Positions 28,240 to 38,033 of a stretch of 64,000 bases of DNA are shown here, in pieces. The notes beneath the pieces are model-generated. The model made no database searches. It saw nothing but the letters and a program-made list of their open reading frames with translations, and was not told the DNA's origin. How positions within the stretch are numbered: position 1 is the stretch's first letter; each line of letters begins with the position of its first letter. The stretch is from contig JBMFIG010000002.1 in assembly GCA_049976425.1 (NCBI GenBank), positions 1 through 64,000 on the forward strand. The letters run 5' to 3'. The position numbers and the translations under genes are program-made. Source of the stretch: Thermoproteus sp. GTDB taxonomy: Archaea > Thermoproteota > Thermoprotei > Thermoproteales > Thermoproteaceae.

Positions 28240-29426
28240 AGCCTCAGCCCCATGTAGACTACTTTATTCCTTTCGCCCTCCTTCAACATCTCGTATATCT
28301 TGACGAAGTCCTCGACGTACATAGACCGTTGCCCTATGCCGTGTATCACGGACAGCCCGGGTATGTCGATGCCGTTCATCCAGAGCGCGGCGGCCACGTC
28401 CAAGAACACCGGCCCTCCTCCCGATGAGCCGAACGCGATGGCTCTGTCGACCACCGCGAACGCCTTGACGCCGGCCAGCTGCTTGAGCAGATAGCTCGTG
28501 GGGAACGGCCTCCACACCCGCAACCTTATCGCGCCCGCCTTTATGCCCTTCTCCCTAGCTATGTCGGCGGCCTCGCGGGCGTTGCCGAAGGCGGCTCCGC
28601 CGTACGCTATTATGGCGTAGTCGGCGTCCTCCATCCTGTACGTCTGGACTATCCCGTAGCTCCTCCCGAAGGTCCTGCCGTATTCCGCATCGACCTCCTC
28701 GATTACCTTTAGAGAGCCCATCAACGCCTCCTGGACCTGGTACTTTATCTCGTAGTACCAGTCGGGCATGGCGAAGGCGCCCATGGTGATCGGCTTCTCG
28801 GGCCTCAAGACGTTCGGCCTATCCTTTCTGGGGAGGAAGCGCCTCACCTCCTCCTCGTCGTTGAGCTCCACGGGCTCTGTCGTGTGGGACATCAAGAAGC
28901 CGTCGTAGGACACCATGACGGGGAGCAACGCGGTCTCGGCCACCTTGTACGCCTGTATCACCGTGTCGTAGACCTCCTGCGCCGAGGACGCTATGTAGGT
29001 TATCCACCCGGTATCCCTTGTGTTCATCACGTCGCTGTAGTCGCCGTGTATGCTTATGGGGGCGGAGAGGGCGCGGGCCGGCACGGCCATCACTACGGGC
29101 AGACGGAGGCCCGAGGCTATGTGCAGGACCTCGTGCATCAGCTCGAGCCCCTGGCTGCTGGTCGCCGTGAAGACCCTAGCCCCGGCGGCCGCGGCGCCGA
29201 CGACGGCCGACATGGCCGAGTGCTCCGACTCTACGTGTATCAAATCGGCGTTCAGCTCGCCGTCGTCGACGAACTCGGCGATTTTCTCCACTATGGTGGT
29301 CTGCGGCGTTATGGGGTAGACCGCAACGACGTCGACGTCGGCGGCCTTGACGGCATAGGCTACGGCGTAGTTGCTGGTCAACGCAAGCGCCGTCTTGGCC
29401 TTTTGGAGAGCCGCCGCGGCGGTCAT
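28236..29426 (-). CDS. porA: Pyruvate/2-oxoacid:ferredoxin oxidoreductase alpha subunit
   Basis: YPITPQT, ESEHSA, TATSSQGL and DGFLMSH. Start moved to ATG 29426. Confidence 0.93.
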   Translation of the reverse strand: MTAAAALQKAKTALALTSNYAVAYAVKAADVDVVAVYPITPQTTIVEKIAEFVDDGELNADLIHVESEHSAMSAVVGAAAAGARVFTATSSQGLELMHEVLHIASGLRLPVVMAVPARALSAPISIHGDYSDVMNTRDTGWITYIASSAQEVYDTVIQAYKVAETALLPVMVSYDGFLMSHTTEPVELNDEEEVRRFLPRKDRPNVLRPEKPITMGAFAMPDWYYEIKYQVQEALMGSLKVIEEVDAEYGRTFGRSYGIVQTYRMEDADYAIIAYGGAAFGNAREAADIAREKGIKAGAIRLRVWRPFPTSYLLKQLAGVKAFAVVDRAIAFGSSGGGPVFLDVAAALWMNGIDIPGLSVIHGIGQRSMYVEDFVKIYEMLKEGERNKVVYMGLRL

Positions 29427-29731
29427 GCCTCCGGCACCATCTCTATCGCCTTGGTCGGGCACTCGTGTGCGCATATGCCGCATCCCTTGCAGTAGTTATA
29501 GTCTATTTCATACTTATATTGGTATTTGCGCCCTTTAACAACGAATTCTCCCTTGATCTCCTTTATGGTACCTTCGGGGCAGTACGTCCAGCATATGCGG
29601 CACCGGATGCACCTATCGTCGTGTATTACGGGCTTTAGGCTACGCCAGCTGCCCGTGAGGTTCTTGCGCGACGAGCCCGGCTCTGTTATTATGCCGCCTA
29701 TGGGTATCTCGTGGACGCGCGGGAGGCTCAT
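29423..29731 (-). CDS. porD: 2-oxoacid:ferredoxin oxidoreductase delta subunit
   Basis: TGSWR, CIRCRICWTYCP and YCKGCGICAHECP. Confidence 0.93.
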   Translation of the reverse strand: MSLPRVHEIPIGGIITEPGSSRKNLTGSWRSLKPVIHDDRCIRCRICWTYCPEGTIKEIKGEFVVKGRKYQYKYEIDYNYCKGCGICAHECPTKAIEMVPEA

Positions 29732-30249
29732 AGCTCCTTGGTCTGGTCGAATGCTATTTTTACCAGCTGCGCGTTTAGCTCGTATATCTTGCCGCTGAAG
29801 TATTTGCCCAAGGCGGCGAGGGCGGTCTCGAGGCGGACCACGCCGGTGGCCTTGACCACGGCGCCTATCATGGCGGTGTTCACTATCGCCTTGCCCAATA
29901 CCTTCAAGGCGAGGGACGTGGCGTCGACGTAGTAGGTCTTTACGGGCGCCTTGTAGGCGCCGTTGACGACCAGAATCCCGTTCTGTTTAAGCCCCTCGAG
30001 CGGGTTCTCCGAGACGAAAAGCGACTGGTCGCCGACGACCACGACGTCGGGCTCCACCACAGGCTCGCGCTTGTATATCGGCTTGTCGTCTATGCGCAGA
30101 TACGCCTTGACGGGGGCTCCGCGCCTCTCGGGGCCGAACTCCGGGAACGCCTGCGCGTATTTCCCCTCCATTATAGCGGCGGTTGCCAGGACTTGCGAGG
30201 CCGTGACCATGCCCTGGCCTCCGCGGCCGTGGAACCTTATCTCGATCAC
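29728..30249 (-). CDS. porC: 2-oxoacid:ferredoxin oxidoreductase gamma subunit
   Basis: EIRFHGRGGQG, FGPERRGAP and NTAMIGA. Confidence 0.93.
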   Translation of the reverse strand: MIEIRFHGRGGQGMVTASQVLATAAIMEGKYAQAFPEFGPERRGAPVKAYLRIDDKPIYKREPVVEPDVVVVGDQSLFVSENPLEGLKQNGILVVNGAYKAPVKTYYVDATSLALKVLGKAIVNTAMIGAVVKATGVVRLETALAALGKYFSGKIYELNAQLVKIAFDQTKEL

Positions 30250-30343
30250 GACATAGCGATCTCATCGTAATAAATATTTAACCATCCTTTACGAACACGG
30301 TTATAAACGTCATATTTTTAGCCATATAGCGAATTGAAGCGCC

Positions 30344-33022
30344 CTAGAAGCCTATTTCGAGCGTCTGGCCGGACGCCAGCTCGATTTCCTGGGCCAGCCT
30401 CGCCTCGTAGGCGCCGTCTATCTCCGCCGCCTCGAACTGCAGAGGCTTGCCGTCCAGCTTAATGGAGCCGGGCCTCTTGGGTAGCCTCAAGTATCTGAGC
30501 CTCAAAACGCCGTGGGCCAGCTCCAGCCTCGCCGCGTCGCCGGCCCAGTCCAGGACGCCCCAGCTCCCGCCCACGGCGAGCACCCATCTGAGCGGCGCCA
30601 CCGCCGGCCTCAACGTCAGCCTTTTGTCGAACCCGTCGTACCTAAGCCCCCACATGCCCATGACCACCGCCCACGCCGAAAGCGGCCGCATGTAGTGCGT
30701 CCCCCACTCTATATGGTTCCAGTAGTGCCCTCCCCGCTCGTAGCGCTCGTGCAACGCCTTGAGCACGGCGGTTCCCTCCTCTACAAGCCCCTCGTAGAAC
30801 ATATGGCCCGCCACGGCGTACTCGACGCCGGTCCACGGGGTGTCCATCTGCCACGTCGGCAGGTAGGGGCCGCGCGTGAAGTTCTCGTAGAGCGTCGGCC
30901 CGACGAAGGAGGGCCTGCGCCTGTCGGGATACATCCCGTTTATGAGCCCCTCGTCCGGCGCCAGGTTGTACTTGGCCACAGCCCTCAGAGCCGAGACCAC
31001 CCGTTGCTTGTCCGATAGGTAGCCCAGGTCGGCCACGTGGGCGAGCAGTTGCCCGAACAGCTGGGCCGCCATGGAGGCCCTGTCCCTCTCGCCGGTGACG
31101 GGATCCCACCATAGGTCGAAATATTCGCCGTTCCACAGCCTCTCCAGCCCCTCGACGGCCTTACGCAACAGCTCCGCGTACTTCTCGGGGCTTCTGCCCG
31201 TCAGCTTGGCGCCCTCGACCATGGCCTTGAGCGCGGCGGCCCAGAGGAATAGGACGTAGGACGAGACCCCGTAGAAGGCCCAGGTGTCGAAGGTCTGGAA
31301 GCCCATGAGGACGGCCCTCTGGCTCAACAGCTGGACCACCGCCGTCGATATCTGCGAGGCGGATTCCTTGAAGATCGCCTGCACGGCCCTCATCCACTCG
31401 ATGCCGGCGGGGGTCGTGTGGTAGGGCAACCCATCTACGCTCTGCGCCTTCGCCACGCTGTCCACAGCGCCGTCGAGGACATCCCAGAGGTTCCTCAACA
31501 GCTCGGCGTTGCCCGTCCACTTGGCGGCCGCGTAGGCCATCAACACGTACTTAGGCATGAGATCAATCATGTGGTAGCCGTCGACTCCCTTGATGGATCT
31601 GTTGAGGAAGTGGGCTATCCGGCCCGCCGGGTCTTTCCCCGTCCTCTCCACTATCCTCGAGACGGCCTCGACGAGCCTCTGCCAGTCCAGGGCCAGGTAG
31701 GGCTCCCTCTCCAGCGCCTTCTCGAACTCGCGCCTGTTCTCGGGGATCGCCAGCGCGTAGATCACCCACTCGGGCGTCCCCCGCCTCAACGCGAAGGCGG
31801 AGTGCTGGACTAGGTACTTCACGGCGAGTTCGGGGAAGAGCGATACCAGCGCGGGCGTCGCGTAGGCGATCACGTCGGTGGTGTTGAAGGCGTTGCGCTC
31901 AGGGCCTCCGTAGTACTTATCGCCCAGGGCCTCCCACAGAGCGAATCTGCCGTCCTTGGTGAGCCAGCTTATCTTGACCAAGGTGCTCAGCTGGGAGGCC
32001 ACAAGGTCGGCGATCCAGCTCTCGACGCCCTTTACGTCGTATAGGGCGTCGTGGAACCTCTTCGTCTTCCCGTACAGGTACTCGAAGTTGTCCAAGACGT
32101 ACCGGGCCACGGAGCCTGCGTCCGAGAAGAAGTTCTCGTAGTAGTGGCCGAGCCGCTCGCCGAACTGGTCCACGTGGTTGGGGAAGAACCAGGCCAGCAC
32201 CAAGACGACGGACTTCTCCTCGGAGGGCGCCAGCTTGAGAGGCGCCGTGACGACGGCCCAGAGGCCGTCCCCGGAGCGCGCGGCGGGCCCCCTGACCCTC
32301 CCCTCCCTTCTGAAATCTATCCAGGCCTGCAACATCTCGAGCGAGTCGTCGTATCTCTGGAATCCGTACTCCTCGTACCCCGGCGCCCTCACTACGGCGG
32401 CGTGGACCTCGCCTGCGCGCACGGCCAAAGCCATAGAGCCGTCGCGGAGCGGGCTGTCGCCGGGCTCGCCGCCGTCTTGTAGGACGACGGTGCCGCCCTT
32501 GGCCTTGGCCACCGCCTTGCTGAAGGGCGACTTCAACATTGCCCAGAGCGATACGTCCAACGGCTTGTCGGAGCGGTTTCTGAACTTGACGACCGCGATA
32601 AACGCCGGCAACGCCGAGTTCTTGAGATCGCCTGGGATGAACGGCGAGAGGAACTCAGCCTCGATCTCCACGGGCAGATCGTCGACGTATTTGAGCAGGG
32701 CTAGGGGCGGCTCCCCGCGGTAGTCCACTCCCTTGACCGGCTTGAGCCAAGGAGCCTTATAGGGATCCCCGCCCAGGATGTAGCCGGCCGACTGCAGTTG
32801 CCTCACGAGCGGCCCCTCGCCGCCGTCGACCCGCACCGCCAGGAGGAACCCCTTCTCGTCTAGGGGGTAGAGCTTCCTGTGGGCGTCTATCGTGGTCCAA
32901 GGCCCGTTGTTGAATATGAGCCAGTCGTGGAGGAGGCCGTCGGCCCTTATCTCGACGGAGCCCGCGCCTATCCCGCCCAGCGCAACGCCCGACGCAATGT
33001 TGTTCGAGTATACATACCTCAT
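30344..33022 (-). CDS. GH116 family beta-glycosidase (GBA2-like)
   Basis: SGVALGGIGAG, LSPFIPGD..NSALP, LAWFFP, GHYY..FF, QTFD.W, WTGVEY and HYMR. Confidence 0.9.
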   Translation of the reverse strand: MRYVYSNNIASGVALGGIGAGSVEIRADGLLHDWLIFNNGPWTTIDAHRKLYPLDEKGFLLAVRVDGGEGPLVRQLQSAGYILGGDPYKAPWLKPVKGVDYRGEPPLALLKYVDDLPVEIEAEFLSPFIPGDLKNSALPAFIAVVKFRNRSDKPLDVSLWAMLKSPFSKAVAKAKGGTVVLQDGGEPGDSPLRDGSMALAVRAGEVHAAVVRAPGYEEYGFQRYDDSLEMLQAWIDFRREGRVRGPAARSGDGLWAVVTAPLKLAPSEEKSVVLVLAWFFPNHVDQFGERLGHYYENFFSDAGSVARYVLDNFEYLYGKTKRFHDALYDVKGVESWIADLVASQLSTLVKISWLTKDGRFALWEALGDKYYGGPERNAFNTTDVIAYATPALVSLFPELAVKYLVQHSAFALRRGTPEWVIYALAIPENRREFEKALEREPYLALDWQRLVEAVSRIVERTGKDPAGRIAHFLNRSIKGVDGYHMIDLMPKYVLMAYAAAKWTGNAELLRNLWDVLDGAVDSVAKAQSVDGLPYHTTPAGIEWMRAVQAIFKESASQISTAVVQLLSQRAVLMGFQTFDTWAFYGVSSYVLFLWAAALKAMVEGAKLTGRSPEKYAELLRKAVEGLERLWNGEYFDLWWDPVTGERDRASMAAQLFGQLLAHVADLGYLSDKQRVVSALRAVAKYNLAPDEGLINGMYPDRRRPSFVGPTLYENFTRGPYLPTWQMDTPWTGVEYAVAGHMFYEGLVEEGTAVLKALHERYERGGHYWNHIEWGTHYMRPLSAWAVVMGMWGLRYDGFDKRLTLRPAVAPLRWVLAVGGSWGVLDWAGDAARLELAHGVLRLRYLRLPKRPGSIKLDGKPLQFEAAEIDGAYEARLAQEIELASGQTLEIGF

Positions 33023-33080
33023 GGATAGGTGTTATCGCGGAGTTTAAAATTATTGATCTGTTATGTCGGCGATCGGCAAG

Positions 33081-34958
33081 TTATGATACTGTTATACCTA
33101 GGAGCTTGTCCAGCGCTTCCTTGTAGCGGCGCCACCACTCCATGTAGGCCTCGTCGGAGTCGAATTTCCAGTCCTTGGCCCCGAGCTCCCTCGCCATGGT
33201 CGACACCACGTCCATAGCCCTCCTGCTCTCCCATGGCCTCGGATCTGCGCCGGCCTTGATCGAGTACTCGGCGAATCTCTTGTAGAGGCTCCTATCCATG
33301 TCGATCCCCGTCAGCTTGAAGAGATCTCCCAAGATGGGCTCCGCCCACCCTCTGTGGAATCTGCATATTCCGGCGTCTTCCACCAACGACTCCATCACGG
33401 CGCGGTCGTATGCGGTTTTGGCGAACTCCTCGGGCGGCATGTAGGTGGGGTTGTAGTTTGTCCAGTACTTCCCCTGCACGTACATGGGGGCCACCATGCC
33501 GGGCGCCCAGTAGAAGTTGGGCGTCATGTAGCCCTCGTCGCCGTACGCCACGAAGACGGCGAGGTCTCTGAACCTGACGCCGGCCTTGGCCACCCTATCG
33601 GCGTACTTAGCCTCGAAGGCCCTCGCGGCCTTCCTGATGCCCAGCCTCGCGACGTCCTCCACGGCCTCGCCGCCGCCCTCGACGAACGCCCTCAGAAGCT
33701 CGCCCGCCAATCTGGCGTTCTTCTTGGAGTCCGTCTCGGGCTTGAACTTGTAGGGGTCGAAGACGGGGGCGTCGTCTATCCCCACCTCCTCGGGCCTCAG
33801 CAGTCCGTGCTCCACAGCGTCGAAGAGCCAAGCCGTGACGTGGCCCATCTCTATGGCGTCCAGGCCGTAGGCGTCTATCTCGTCGACCAGCTTAACCGAG
33901 TCCTCGAAGGTGTAGACCCCTATGAAGGGGCCCATGGCGTGTAACGGCTCGTAGTCCACCTTCTTCCCCTGCCAGACCTTCTTGCAAGTCACGGGGCAGG
34001 GCTCGCCGCAGTTGTACCAGCTCCTCGCCTTCTCGAAGACCAGCTCGTTGAAGGGCTTCCAGAACAGCCTAAGGATCGCGTCGGCGTGCCTCACCCTCTC
34101 GTCTCTGTCCATATATATCGATTTATACCCGAAGAGCGGGACGAGGTCCCTGTAGTGGACGTAGTTGACGCCGAAGGTGCCGCCGGTGCCGAGGCTCGGG
34201 TCGAAACGGTACTTGATGGTTTTCTCCTGCAAAGACTCTAGGTACCCCTTCTTGAGCCTCACCTTGGCCACCTCGTCGATCTTGTGTATGTCGGCCACCG
34301 CCTGGTACCGCGCCCTCGCCTTGCCGCCCGCTATCAACGCCGCCAGGTTGTGGCCTTGGGCGGCGACCGTGCCGGGCCCTCCTCTCGCGGCGAAATCCTC
34401 GGCGCCTTTAGAGAGCTCGCCTTTCGGCGTCAGGTCTATGGAGGCCAGGGCCCCGTTGTAAGTGCGCCACGCCGCGGGCCCCACCACGACGGCCCGGGCG
34501 TTGTTCCTCTGGAAGAAATCCCTATAGGAGTCGTAGAGGTACTTGGTAAAGGCGTAGACGCCGCGCAGTCCCTGATATTCGTATACGAGCTTCACGGGCT
34601 CTATCTTGACCCCCTCCTGGGATGCCAGCAACGCCACGGGCTCCGGCGCTCTGCCGGTGATCACGTAGGCGTCTATGCCAGCACCCATCATCTTATAGGC
34701 GGCTCCCCCCAAGGCGCTCGAGTGGAGCCCCCTCGTCATGGGGCTTCTGAAGACGGCCACAATCCTGTGCACGCCTATGAGGCGGCCTCCGACGAATCGG
34801 CCCATGCCTATAACCAGCGGCGCCTCCGGCGATAGTGGATCATGGCGCCAGCTCTCCGCCTCCTCGTGCACCTTGAGGCCGAGGCTGACCGGGCCCTGCG
34901 CCTCCACCTCCCTCACCTCCACCGAGGATCTGCCCAAGTCCACGAAAGCGACTCGCAT
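33081..34958 (-). CDS. gor: Tungsten AOR-family enzyme, most likely glyceraldehyde-3-phosphate:ferredoxin oxidoreductase (GAPOR)
   Basis: FAARGG.G, TGGTFGVNY, CGEPCP..CKK, KVDYEP, GLDAIE and GICRFHRGW. Confidence 0.85.
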   Translation of the reverse strand: MRVAFVDLGRSSVEVREVEAQGPVSLGLKVHEEAESWRHDPLSPEAPLVIGMGRFVGGRLIGVHRIVAVFRSPMTRGLHSSALGGAAYKMMGAGIDAYVITGRAPEPVALLASQEGVKIEPVKLVYEYQGLRGVYAFTKYLYDSYRDFFQRNNARAVVVGPAAWRTYNGALASIDLTPKGELSKGAEDFAARGGPGTVAAQGHNLAALIAGGKARARYQAVADIHKIDEVAKVRLKKGYLESLQEKTIKYRFDPSLGTGGTFGVNYVHYRDLVPLFGYKSIYMDRDERVRHADAILRLFWKPFNELVFEKARSWYNCGEPCPVTCKKVWQGKKVDYEPLHAMGPFIGVYTFEDSVKLVDEIDAYGLDAIEMGHVTAWLFDAVEHGLLRPEEVGIDDAPVFDPYKFKPETDSKKNARLAGELLRAFVEGGGEAVEDVARLGIRKAARAFEAKYADRVAKAGVRFRDLAVFVAYGDEGYMTPNFYWAPGMVAPMYVQGKYWTNYNPTYMPPEEFAKTAYDRAVMESLVEDAGICRFHRGWAEPILGDLFKLTGIDMDRSLYKRFAEYSIKAGADPRPWESRRAMDVVSTMARELGAKDWKFDSDEAYMEWWRRYKEALDKLLGITVS

Positions 34959-35044
34959 GGGTATACGGGTATTATTCCTCTTATCCTTTTTGGTAAACTC
35001 AATAATAATGATAAAACTTATTATGGTGTGTTATTAGGCCCTTT

Positions 35045-35431
35045 ATGGAGGTCAAAAATATCATGAGCGATCGCGTCATCTACTGCACCACGCGCGACAC
35101 CATAAGGTGCGCCGTCTCTAAAATGTACGCCTACAACATAGGCGCGGTGCTGGTCGTCGACGACGTGGGGAGCCCCGTGGGTATATTCACGGAGAGGGAC
35201 CTCGTCAAGGTCGTGGCCGAGGGGATAAGCCTCGACACGCCTCTCGAGAAGCTGGCGCCTAAGGAGCTGATAAAGGCCTACCCCAACGAGTCCGTGTTCA
35301 TGGCCGCGCAGAAGATGATCGAGCACAACATAAGGCATATACCGGTCGTCGAGGGCAATAGGGTGGTCGGCATCTTGAGCATAAGGGACGCCTTAAGGAG
35401 CTTAATAGCGCTGGAGGGGGCCTACCCCTAA
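35045..35431 (+). CDS. CBS-pair protein
   Basis: VGIFTERD and IRHIPVV...VVGILSIRD. Confidence 0.9.
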   Translation: MEVKNIMSDRVIYCTTRDTIRCAVSKMYAYNIGAVLVVDDVGSPVGIFTERDLVKVVAEGISLDTPLEKLAPKELIKAYPNESVFMAAQKMIEHNIRHIPVVEGNRVVGILSIRDALRSLIALEGAYP

Positions 35432-35463
35432 TCCTCTATTTAAGGCGATCGTTTTTTGTAGCT

Positions 35464-36144
35464 GTGAAGGAGCTACTGGCTCGCAAGGCGGTCGAGTTCG
35501 TGAGGGATGGGTCGGTCGTCGGTCTGGGCTCGGGCTCCACGGCGAAGGCCTTCATAGAGGAGCTCTCCAGGTTGGTCGCCGAGAAGGGCATAAGGATCAC
35601 CCTTGTCGCCACCAGCGTCGACAGCGAGCTGAAGGCGTTGGAGGTCGGGCTCGGCCCCTATCTGGCGCCGCCTTGGGCTGTCGACAGCATAGATCTAGCC
35701 GTTGATGGAGCCGACGAGATCTCTAGAGACAGGATATTCATAAAGGGAGGGGGCGGCGCGATGGTCCGCGAGAAGGTGATAGACTACAGGGCGTCGACCC
35801 TCGTGATAATCGCCGAGGCCCATAAGCTCGTCGATAGGTTGCCCAGCAACCGCCCGATCCCGATAGAGGTCCTGCCGGCGGCCTGGAGGCTAGTTGCGAG
35901 GGATGTGGAGAGGAGGTGGGGCGGGAAAACCGAGCTGAGGGCCTGCAGATGCGGCGGCAAGCTGGGGCCCCTGATAAGCGACAACGGCAACTTCATACTG
36001 GACTGGGTTCCCCCCGGCCCGGCCTACCCCGAGCTGGAGGACGAGCTGAAGGCCATACCCGGCGTAGTCGACACGGGCCTCTTCGCCAAGAGGAGAGACG
36101 CGGTGGTACTGCTGGCGGACGAGAGGGGAGTCTTTGCTCTATAG
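35464..36144 (+). CDS. rpiA: Ribose-5-phosphate isomerase A
   Basis: GLGSGST, DGADE, IKGGGGA..REK, SDNGN and GVVDTGLF. Confidence 0.96.
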   Translation: MKELLARKAVEFVRDGSVVGLGSGSTAKAFIEELSRLVAEKGIRITLVATSVDSELKALEVGLGPYLAPPWAVDSIDLAVDGADEISRDRIFIKGGGGAMVREKVIDYRASTLVIIAEAHKLVDRLPSNRPIPIEVLPAAWRLVARDVERRWGGKTELRACRCGGKLGPLISDNGNFILDWVPPGPAYPELEDELKAIPGVVDTGLFAKRRDAVVLLADERGVFAL

Positions 36145-36156
36145 ATCCAAGCGGCT

Positions 36157-37200
36157 CTATAGGAAGACCACCTCGGTCTTGGCGATTATTATATTGTCCT
36201 CGTCCTCGACAACCCTGACTATCGCCTCGGCGCCGGCCCTCAAGGGCCTCTCGGAGACGACTGTCACCGCGCGGTCCGTCAACGGATCGTCGGCAAGTCT
36301 GTTCGGCACCGCCAGATATTCGTTTCTGAAAATGCCGCGCCCCACTATCCTCACCTTTATCCTCTGGCCGGCCTTGACGGTCTTCGGCAGAGCTGGCCTC
36401 CTCTCGACGCCGAACGGGTTCTCCCTGCGCCAGTCCAGCCTCATCCCCAACTGCGCCTCCCATGCCTTGATTCTGCCCCAGAAGACGCCCCAGTCCACCG
36501 CCCTAACGCCTTTGGGGTTTCTGCCTCTCTTATGCGGTATGTACTTCTGTATAAGCACGGGAGGCCACCTCTTGCCCAGACCGGCGGCCCTCGCCCAGCT
36601 CGCGATCTTCGGTATCTGGTCGTCGTTGACGCCCGGTAGCCATACGGGAGAGACCAAGACGTCCATGGAGGTGTTTCTTACAACGTACTCGGCCAGCGCC
36701 ATGGCCTTCCGGGGATCGTAGTAGCTGGCGTTTGCGAGCCTCGCCGCGAGGGAGGGCTCGACGGCGTCTAGGCTGAGGTTTATTCTGTCGAGGCCGGCCT
36801 CGGCGAGCTCCTCTATCTTCCTCTCGGTGAGGGTGAACATGCGGCTCTGCATAGACACGACGGACACGCCCCTTATGGACTTCACGTCTTGGACCAGATC
36901 CACCAGCTCGTTGTAGACGGCCGGCTCGCCCATGCCGTCTATATGCACCTCGACGCCGTCGCCTTTGTACTTCACCACGGCCCTGAGGGCCTCGACAAGG
37001 GCGTCCCTCCTCACCACGAAGTCCGCCCATCTGCGGGGCTCCAGAGGGCCTGCCGCCACGGAGCAGAACACGCAGTTGAGAGGACAGAGGCTCGTCGGCC
37101 TTACCTCAACTACGTTGGTGCCTTGATCCACAATGCCGTAGTAGCGCGTCCCGATCTGCGGAAGCCCGTCGACGAAGTAGATCTCCCTCCGCCGCTCCAC
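36157..37200 (-). CDS. Archaeal radical SAM protein with a C-terminal TRAM-like domain (COG2100-like)
   Basis: GIVD.GTN..EVRP, CPLNCVFC (CxxxCxxC), HIDG.GEP and RINLS. Confidence 0.85.
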   Translation of the reverse strand: MERRREIYFVDGLPQIGTRYYGIVDQGTNVVEVRPTSLCPLNCVFCSVAAGPLEPRRWADFVVRRDALVEALRAVVKYKGDGVEVHIDGMGEPAVYNELVDLVQDVKSIRGVSVVSMQSRMFTLTERKIEELAEAGLDRINLSLDAVEPSLAARLANASYYDPRKAMALAEYVVRNTSMDVLVSPVWLPGVNDDQIPKIASWARAAGLGKRWPPVLIQKYIPHKRGRNPKGVRAVDWGVFWGRIKAWEAQLGMRLDWRRENPFGVERRPALPKTVKAGQRIKVRIVGRGIFRNEYLAVPNRLADDPLTDRAVTVVSERPLRAGAEAIVRVVEDEDNIIIAKTEVVFL

Positions 37201-37283
37201 CGCTACTCGATCTACATAAAAATTAATTCCCGCGGCGCCTCACCGCGCCGGCTCGGCCGGCCCTCGGCGCCGCTAGTCCCGGC

Positions 37284-38012
37284 CTATTTTATAATGTTGA
37301 CGGGTATATAGACGTATATAGCCGTCGAGTTGTCATTGATTGAGAGAGAGGCGTATATGTGCGGGGCGAACGTCTTGTTGAGGTAGTAGCCGAGACACCT
37401 CATCCTCTGCCTCTCCGTTAAGGTTAGAGAGCCGCCTAAGGTTCCCACGAAACGGTCGCCCTGCCGGTACAAGACGCCCTCCAAGTACCCCTCTAGGGAG
37501 AACCCCGGCGGCACGTAGGCCGCCAGCTCCCGCCCGACGTCGTCTAGGCCTCCCCGGACGCTGGCCGTCGAGACGGCCTCGGCGACGCGTAGGAGCGTGA
37601 TGGGCTTGGCCCAGTCTATCCTCCCCTCAACGGTGCGGTTGAGGTAGTGCACGGCGTAGTCGAAGGCCTCCCCCGCGAAATGCGCCCCGCCTCCAAGGCT
37701 CCGCAACGGCGGATAGCGGCTCAGCCCCCTCAATGTGGCGTTGAATGTAGCCGACGCCGAGAGGTATATAGCGGGATCCGACATAGACACCGCCTTGACC
37801 GCATCGGACTCGACCAGACAGATCGTGGCGTTGGGCAGCTGGCTTGCCAGCTCCTGCCAGGCGTCCAAGGCGATTTTGACGGGCAGATATGCGCGGAGGG
37901 CCTCGTCGTAGAGATAATATATGGAGTATATCGCCACGAAGGCCGCTAGAACAATCGCGAAAATCGCCGTGGCCGCTACGGAATACACGCTATATAGTGT
38001 CTTTATCGCCAC
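37284..38012 (-). CDS. Hypothetical membrane-anchored protein
   Basis: N-terminal TM and NxT/S sequons; start uncertain. Confidence 0.6.
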   Translation of the reverse strand: MAIKTLYSVYSVAATAIFAIVLAAFVAIYSIYYLYDEALRAYLPVKIALDAWQELASQLPNATICLVESDAVKAVSMSDPAIYLSASATFNATLRGLSRYPPLRSLGGGAHFAGEAFDYAVHYLNRTVEGRIDWAKPITLLRVAEAVSTASVRGGLDDVGRELAAYVPPGFSLEGYLEGVLYRQGDRFVGTLGGSLTLTERQRMRCLGYYLNKTFAPHIYASLSINDNSTAIYVYIPVNIIK

Positions 38013-38033
38013 CTTCGCCGTCCGCCTAGCCGG

